A DNA stretch of 64,000 nucleotides from Candidatus Saccharimonadota bacterium (lineage in GTDB: Bacteria; Patescibacteriota; Saccharimonadia; CAILAD01; GCA-016700035). The stretch is from contig JAXLZV010000001.1 in assembly GCA_046350755.1 (NCBI GenBank), forward strand, positions 75,510 to 139,509, given 5' to 3'. A model generated the notes under the pieces. That model was given only the letters and a program-made list of their open reading frames with translations. It had not been told where the DNA came from and made no database searches. A program made the translations under genes and the position numbers. Shown in pieces: positions 59,127 to 64,000 of the stretch; within the stretch, counting starts at the first letter, position 1; every line of letters begins with the position of its first letter.

Positions 59127-60806
59127 ATGGCTCAAGCATCCGACCCCACCAAGCGTTATGATGAAAACTTGATCGATGCCGGTGTCGCCACGCCGCTAGT
59201 CATTACGCTTGATGTCATGATTCTATTTACGTTTGTGACGGGGCAAGCTTTCACACAAAATCTCCTCCTCGTGCTCATTACAGTCGGTATTTTGGTAATC
59301 TTTTCGCTCACTCATTTCATCCCCCAGCTCCTGTTTACTAAGCGTCATGGGATATACCTGCTGATTTATCACCTCGCTCTGGCGAGCGTGTTGATTTTTA
59401 TCGTCCCAACCCTGTCCTACTTTTTACTCACATGGATTCTGCTGGCCTATTTATCGGAATTTTATTTTCAGCTCAAAGGCCTATTTCTGAGCCTCTGTAT
59501 GCTACTAGCTACATTGTTGGTTGGCACAGCCTATCAACAACCACCATTGAGCCTACAGACGATTTGGCTAGTTTTGCCGTGGTTCGTAGTGCTCACGGCG
59601 GTCATTCTCGTCCTCAGTCGTATCATTCTTGGTAACCGAGAAGCCCGAATTGCGCTCGCTGAGAAAATGATCCACGCTGAATACGAACACGAACGAATTG
59701 TCGCCCTCATCAACAGCATGACCGAGGCTGTCCTCGCGGTTGATGCGGCAGGCAAAATCAGCATCTATAATGCCGCTGCGCTTGATTTGCTTGATACGAA
59801 TGCCGATCTGCTCGGCAAGGATATTCGAACCATCTTGCCACTCCACGATGTCAACCACAACGTCCTTGATATTATGGAGATCGCTAGCGGCACTCATTAC
59901 ATCCTCCGACGCACTGATATTTACTTAGATCTCAACGACAATGATCGCTTAGCTTTAGAGCTCAATATCAGCCGCACTTCGTTGGTTACCCCACTGGCTA
60001 AACAGCAAGGCTACACCTTTCTGATTCGTGATATCACCCAACAGCAAAGCCTTGATGAAGAGCGAGATGAGTTTATTTCTGTCGTCAGTCACGAGCTGCG
60101 GACACCAATCACAATAGCCGAAGCCAACATCTCCATGGCTCAGCTCATTTCCCAAAAGCCAGACCGCAAACCAGAAGAGATCACCAAAGCAATGGAAAAA
60201 GCCCACCATCAAGTCCTCTTCTTGTCGGATATGGTCAACGACCTGTCGACCTTGTCACGAGCCGAACGCAAAGATAAAGAAATGGAAGTTGAGACCTTCT
60301 CCGCCGCCGACATCCTAACCGAGCTGGAGACAACTTACCGCCCGGACGCCGAGAAAAAAGGTCTCCACTTCGTCGTCTCGTCACCCACAAACCTACCCCT
60401 CCTCACAACCTCACGACTCTATCTCAAGGAGATCCTCCAAAACTTTATTACAAATGCTATCAAATACACTCCCCAAGGTGATGTCCTTGTCAAAGCCGAA
60501 ATTCTTGACGGCAATAAGCTCAAGCTCAGCGTAAAGGACAGCGGTATCGGCATCTCGAAAAGTGAGCAGGACCGGGTGTATGAAAAATTCTGGCGATCTG
60601 AAGATCCACTTACCCGTCAGACCAGTGGTACCGGCCTGGGACTGTACATCACAGCTAAGCTAGCTCGACGCATTGGCGCGCAGCTTGATCTCGTCAGCAC
60701 ACCCAAGATCGGCTCCACTTTTTCGATCATTCTACCTACCCTAGCCGTACAGGAGGTCGATAAAAAAAGCGTCGTCAAGAACGAAGTCGACACTATCCTG
60801 AGCTAA
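59127..60806 (+). CDS. Membrane PAS sensor histidine kinase
   Basis: TM region, PAS domain, VSHELRTP, NAIKY, DSGIG, GTGLGL. Confidence 0.93.
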   Translation: MAQASDPTKRYDENLIDAGVATPLVITLDVMILFTFVTGQAFTQNLLLVLITVGILVIFSLTHFIPQLLFTKRHGIYLLIYHLALASVLIFIVPTLSYFLLTWILLAYLSEFYFQLKGLFLSLCMLLATLLVGTAYQQPPLSLQTIWLVLPWFVVLTAVILVLSRIILGNREARIALAEKMIHAEYEHERIVALINSMTEAVLAVDAAGKISIYNAAALDLLDTNADLLGKDIRTILPLHDVNHNVLDIMEIASGTHYILRRTDIYLDLNDNDRLALELNISRTSLVTPLAKQQGYTFLIRDITQQQSLDEERDEFISVVSHELRTPITIAEANISMAQLISQKPDRKPEEITKAMEKAHHQVLFLSDMVNDLSTLSRAERKDKEMEVETFSAADILTELETTYRPDAEKKGLHFVVSSPTNLPLLTTSRLYLKEILQNFITNAIKYTPQGDVLVKAEILDGNKLKLSVKDSGIGISKSEQDRVYEKFWRSEDPLTRQTSGTGLGLYITAKLARRIGAQLDLVSTPKIGSTFSIILPTLAVQEVDKKSVVKNEVDTILS

Positions 60807-60812
60807 CCGCTT

Positions 60813-61529
60813 CTAACGTTGTACGGTCTTTTTATTGAGGAACATGGTGGCAAAAACAAATAAGCCAGAGATCACTATACCGACTGCTATCATTGCTGAC
60901 AGTGTCACGTTATATGTGCCAGAGTTCGTCAAGGGCCGTATCAAATAGGATGCCCCGATAATGAAAAAGCCCAGCGCAATACTGCGTAAGCGCCACATCT
61001 GGGAAGAGTCACTTACCCCTCTGGCTTGGCTCCAAAATTTTGCCGCAACAAAAATCAGGCTCATAAACTGCAAAGCGGTCACAATCTCATAGCCTAAACT
61101 AAACCCAAAGTTTATCTGCCAAGCACCATTGGCCTGCTGAATAAGCGTAACGGGCGTCGTGAGATTTTCTCGTAATGAGAACCAAACGCCGACTAGCACC
61201 AACAAAAAATCCAAACCAACTATCAGGCGACGTAGCCATGGCCTACTCGGTGCATAAATACGCGCCACTGCCATCCACATCACCCACAAGGCCAAGAACT
61301 GTAATACGTCGCCTAGGATTGTTGTAATTGTAAGTATCTGTGAATCAGTCGTGAAGAGTGGCGGTAAACCATAGAGACTCAAGCACAAGGTAAATAGTAG
61401 GCCTGAAATACCCATGTAGAGCGTGATACGATTCTTAGTTTTGTGCGCCGACATTAAGCCACGAACTGCAAAGAAGAACACCACCGGAATACCGATATAC
61501 CAATGAAACATATTGAGCGGAATCTGCAT
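60813..61529 (-). CDS. Polytopic (~7 TM) membrane protein
   Basis: About seven hydrophobic segments; TATACT 8 nt before the ATG. Confidence 0.7.
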   Translation of the reverse strand: MQIPLNMFHWYIGIPVVFFFAVRGLMSAHKTKNRITLYMGISGLLFTLCLSLYGLPPLFTTDSQILTITTILGDVLQFLALWVMWMAVARIYAPSRPWLRRLIVGLDFLLVLVGVWFSLRENLTTPVTLIQQANGAWQINFGFSLGYEIVTALQFMSLIFVAAKFWSQARGVSDSSQMWRLRSIALGFFIIGASYLIRPLTNSGTYNVTLSAMIAVGIVISGLFVFATMFLNKKTVQR

Positions 61530-61593
61530 CTACAAGCAGTATAGCATTGCGAAATAAAAAAAGCGCTTTCATAAAGCGCTGAGAAAAAAGTGC

Positions 61594-61669
61594 TGGAGCC
61601 CGCGAGAGGACTTGAACCCCCAACCTACGGTTTACAAAACCGTTGCTCTGCCAGTTGAGCTACGCGGGC
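61594..61669 (-). tRNA. tRNA-Thr (TGT)
   Basis: ACGGT-TTTGTAA-ACCGT; CCA end. Confidence 0.96.
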
Positions 61670-61675
61670 AAAAAA

Positions 61676-61762
61676 TGGTGCAGGGGGAGGGATTCGAACC
61701 CCCGAAGGCATAAAGCCGACAGATTTACAGTCTGTTGCGTTTGACCGCTTCGCTACCCCTGC
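61676..61762 (-). tRNA. tRNA-Tyr (GTA)
   Basis: ACAGA-CTGTAAA-TCTGT; long variable arm; CCA end. Confidence 0.96.
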
Positions 61763-61773
61763 ATACTTTGGCA

Positions 61774-61848
61774 TGGAGCCCAAACCGAGGATTGAACTCG
61801 GGACCTCTTCCTTACCATGGAAGCGCTCTACCACTGAGCTATTTGGGC
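61774..61848 (-). tRNA. tRNA-Thr (GGT)
   Basis: CTTCC-ATGGTAA-GGAAG; CCA end. Confidence 0.96.
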
Positions 61849-61920
61849 AAATGTTTCTCGAGCCATGAGCTATAAAAAACAGTGCTTAGTCTAGCAGTTT
61901 TCAGGAGTATTTTCAATGTA

Positions 61921-62568
61921 TCAGCTTGCTGAAGCTGTCGTCTTCGTATGTACGGCTCGCTGTCGCCAACGATCCGCCTGGGCTTCGGTGCCGTATTTTT
62001 CGTACCAGCGCGCTAACAGCAACATCACCGAGCTATCTTGTGGACTTGCCTCGTGTGCGGCCGCTAAGGCTTCAAACTGTTGAGCATGCCGATCCATCAG
62101 CTCGTACAGACGAGCCAAGGCTAAGTATCGTGACAGAGTCGGCTCCATATCCAGTGCTCGCTGCATCGCCTCAGCCGAAGCTTCATAACGTTTGATATGA
62201 AAAAGCACGGTGGCGTAGTTTTGCCAATCAGCGGCTTGCGGAGTTGCTTTGATAACAATCTCAAAACACTCCTGCGCATCGGCATAATTCTTAAGATGCG
62301 AATAGACCATCCCTAGTCGACGGTAAGCAACGATATTTTTATGATCGAGTTTGAGCACCTTCAAATAGGCTTTCTCAGCCGCTGGCCACTTCGCCTCCTC
62401 GTAGTAACGCGCGGCGGCGGCCAACAGCCGCTCCAGCTGGCTCTCGTGAGTAATCGCCTCATTATCCAAGCCGGCGTTCAGAAAATGCGCGAGCTGGTTA
62501 TAGCTCGAACGAGTGATCCGCCAGGTAATAACACCTAAGAACAAGAAGGCCGCCGTTTCAGCAATCAT
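61921..62568 (-). CDS. Membrane-anchored tetratricopeptide repeat protein
   Basis: AEKAYLKVLKLD, AYRRLGMVY, ALDMEP TPR patterns. Confidence 0.85.
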   Translation of the reverse strand: MIAETAAFLFLGVITWRITRSSYNQLAHFLNAGLDNEAITHESQLERLLAAAARYYEEAKWPAAEKAYLKVLKLDHKNIVAYRRLGMVYSHLKNYADAQECFEIVIKATPQAADWQNYATVLFHIKRYEASAEAMQRALDMEPTLSRYLALARLYELMDRHAQQFEALAAAHEASPQDSSVMLLLARWYEKYGTEAQADRWRQRAVHTKTTASAS

Positions 62569-63257
62569 GCTTGCGCCCTCACAGCAAAAGCCTCAAGCAA
62601 TAAACGCATATTCCCACTACCGGCGACATAGCTGGCAAACTGCATCAACCAACTGGCCGATGCATAATCGCGCTGGTTACGAACATACTCTAGCGTAGCG
62701 GCATAGAGCTGCTGCAGGTCGGCACGCTCCTTTCGCTCGGCTATCATGCCAATCCGACCCGGCACATCAGCTTGCATAAAATACCGTCCAAGGGCATAGG
62801 TCTGCTCTTCAGGCTCAGTTGGTAGCACCCGGACGTGCGACCGCGAGCGTAAGGTAGGCATCACGTGCGCCACGGTATCAACCAACAATATAAAATGAAC
62901 GTCTGGCGGGGGCTCCTCCATCACCTTGAGTAATGAGTTAGCCGCCTCCGGCGTCAGCCGTTGAGCTTGCGTAAATACTACGTAGCGCCCTTGACCAGGT
63001 GTGAATGTAGCCAGGCTTAATTCATGCAATACTTGCACGATAATATCTCGACCGTAGCTTAATTTCTCAAGTTCGATCCAGATGACTTGTGGATGCTCGA
63101 TGACCCGATCTGACTGAATCGCAAGCTCCTCGGCAATCATTGCTTGAACTGCCATTTCACGAACGGCTGAATCTACACAGGATACAATCGTAGCCTGACT
63201 AAGCTGAGTTGGTCGAGCGGACGACTTGTGAGTTGATGTTAGTTTGGCGTTGGGCAT
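62565..63257 (-). CDS. DNA polymerase III delta-prime-like subunit (reduced)
   Basis: AQRLTPEAANSLLKVMEEPP, TLRSR; no evident Walker A or Zn site. Confidence 0.75.
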   Translation of the reverse strand: MPNAKLTSTHKSSARPTQLSQATIVSCVDSAVREMAVQAMIAEELAIQSDRVIEHPQVIWIELEKLSYGRDIIVQVLHELSLATFTPGQGRYVVFTQAQRLTPEAANSLLKVMEEPPPDVHFILLVDTVAHVMPTLRSRSHVRVLPTEPEEQTYALGRYFMQADVPGRIGMIAERKERADLQQLYAATLEYVRNQRDYASASWLMQFASYVAGSGNMRLLLEAFAVRAQA

Positions 63258-64000
63258 GAGTATGCTTTCATTGTAGCGACAAAATCATCAGGTAGGCTAC
63301 TGGTAAAGGTCTTTTTTGTGCCACTTGGTAAAGTAATCGTTAGCTCGCGAGCGTGCAGCATTTGTCTCGGGATGTGATCATTACGCCCATATACATGATC
63401 GCCGAGGATGGGGTGCTTGATGGCCGCCAGATGAACCCGGATCTGATGGGTACGACCTGTTACCGGCCGCGCAGCTACCAGCGCAACCTCACTGCCCTGC
63501 GTCAGCTGTTCGACAAACGTCTCGGCTGGCTTGCCAACCGGATCAATCTCCATGCGCCCCGGGTGACGTGATGATCGGGACAATCCAAAATTTAGTCGCT
63601 GCACACCCCGACCAAGCTCACCCCAAACCAATGCCCAGTACAGCTTTTGTACAGCCCGCGCTCGAAAAGCCGCTTGTAAGTGAGCTTTAGCCGCCTCAGT
63701 CTTCGCCACGATCACCACACCAGACGTATCTTTATCCAGGCGATGTACAATCCCCGGTCGTAGCTTATCCGGATCGTCCACCAGACTGGCCACCGCACCG
63801 GCTAAGCTTGGCTCCTGCGCGCCTGGTTTCGGGTGCGTAATCAAACCAGCTGGCTTATCAAATACTAGTACATCTGCATCTTCATAGAGAAGCTTTGGTT
63901 GCGGTGCAGCAATCAACTCGGTCTCAGCTAGTCGTGGCAGCTCAAGAACCGTAATGACCGAGCCGGTGATTGGCTTCATCCGAGCAGTCGCTGGCGCGCC
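63239..64000 (-). CDS. RluA/RluD family pseudouridine synthase (start probably beyond the window)
   Basis: DKPAG, GIVHRLDKDTSG, TGRTHQIRVH, HPILGD, LHA. Confidence 0.92.
   Translation of the reverse strand, partial: GAPATARMKPITGSVITVLELPRLAETELIAAPQPKLLYEDADVLVFDKPAGLITHPKPGAQEPSLAGAVASLVDDPDKLRPGIVHRLDKDTSGVVIVAKTEAAKAHLQAAFRARAVQKLYWALVWGELGRGVQRLNFGLSRSSRHPGRMEIDPVGKPAETFVEQLTQGSEVALVAARPVTGRTHQIRVHLAAIKHPILGDHVYGRNDHIPRQMLHARELTITLPSGTKKTFTSSLPDDFVATMKAYSCPTPN

Noticed and set aside
61435-61834. Short ORFs of 62 and 69 aa
   Set aside because: They are translations of tRNA genes
110-64000. Numerous antisense or nested ORFs of 60-210 aa in the track
   Set aside because: Shadows of well-supported genes, with no motifs or start signals

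Overview
Chromosomal window from a small-genome bacterium using genetic code 11 (TGA is a stop; tRNA-Trp has anticodon CCA). Gene content suggests Patescibacteria/CPR, probably Saccharibacteria or a neighbouring lineage. This placement is an inference from the short non-discriminating AspRS, homodimeric GlyRS, stand-alone VirD4/DUF87 ATPase, minimal dcw cluster and pilin-like genes. From left to right: three pilin-like genes; a GT2 synthase, polysaccharide deacetylase, GH6 glucanase and tiny LPXTG-type protein locus; nrdAB with NrdR boxes; tRNA-Glu followed by a defence-like island (type IIG R-M, PD-(D/E)XK nuclease, a protein with three FtsK-gamma-like domains, a HAD fragment, a small GIY-YIG protein); accessory and stress genes; a long + strand housekeeping run (HK/RR, aspS, scpAB, rluB-like, dac, der, pth, dprA, topA, coupling-type ATPase); an AT-rich convergent intergenic region with a palindromic dif-like site; the - strand dcw cluster (mraZ, rsmH, ftsL, ftsI, mraY, ftsW, murG, ftsQ); glyS, recO, a degenerate two-component pair, ahpC, sod, four more tRNAs, holB-like and rluD-like genes. 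The best leads are the exopolysaccharide/LPXTG locus, the triple-gamma protein, an unannotated ~235-nt structured RNA whose loop is complementary to the nrdA RBS, the dif-like palindrome, and an MraY with an altered catalytic Asp. All calls come from reading motifs by eye; no searches were run.
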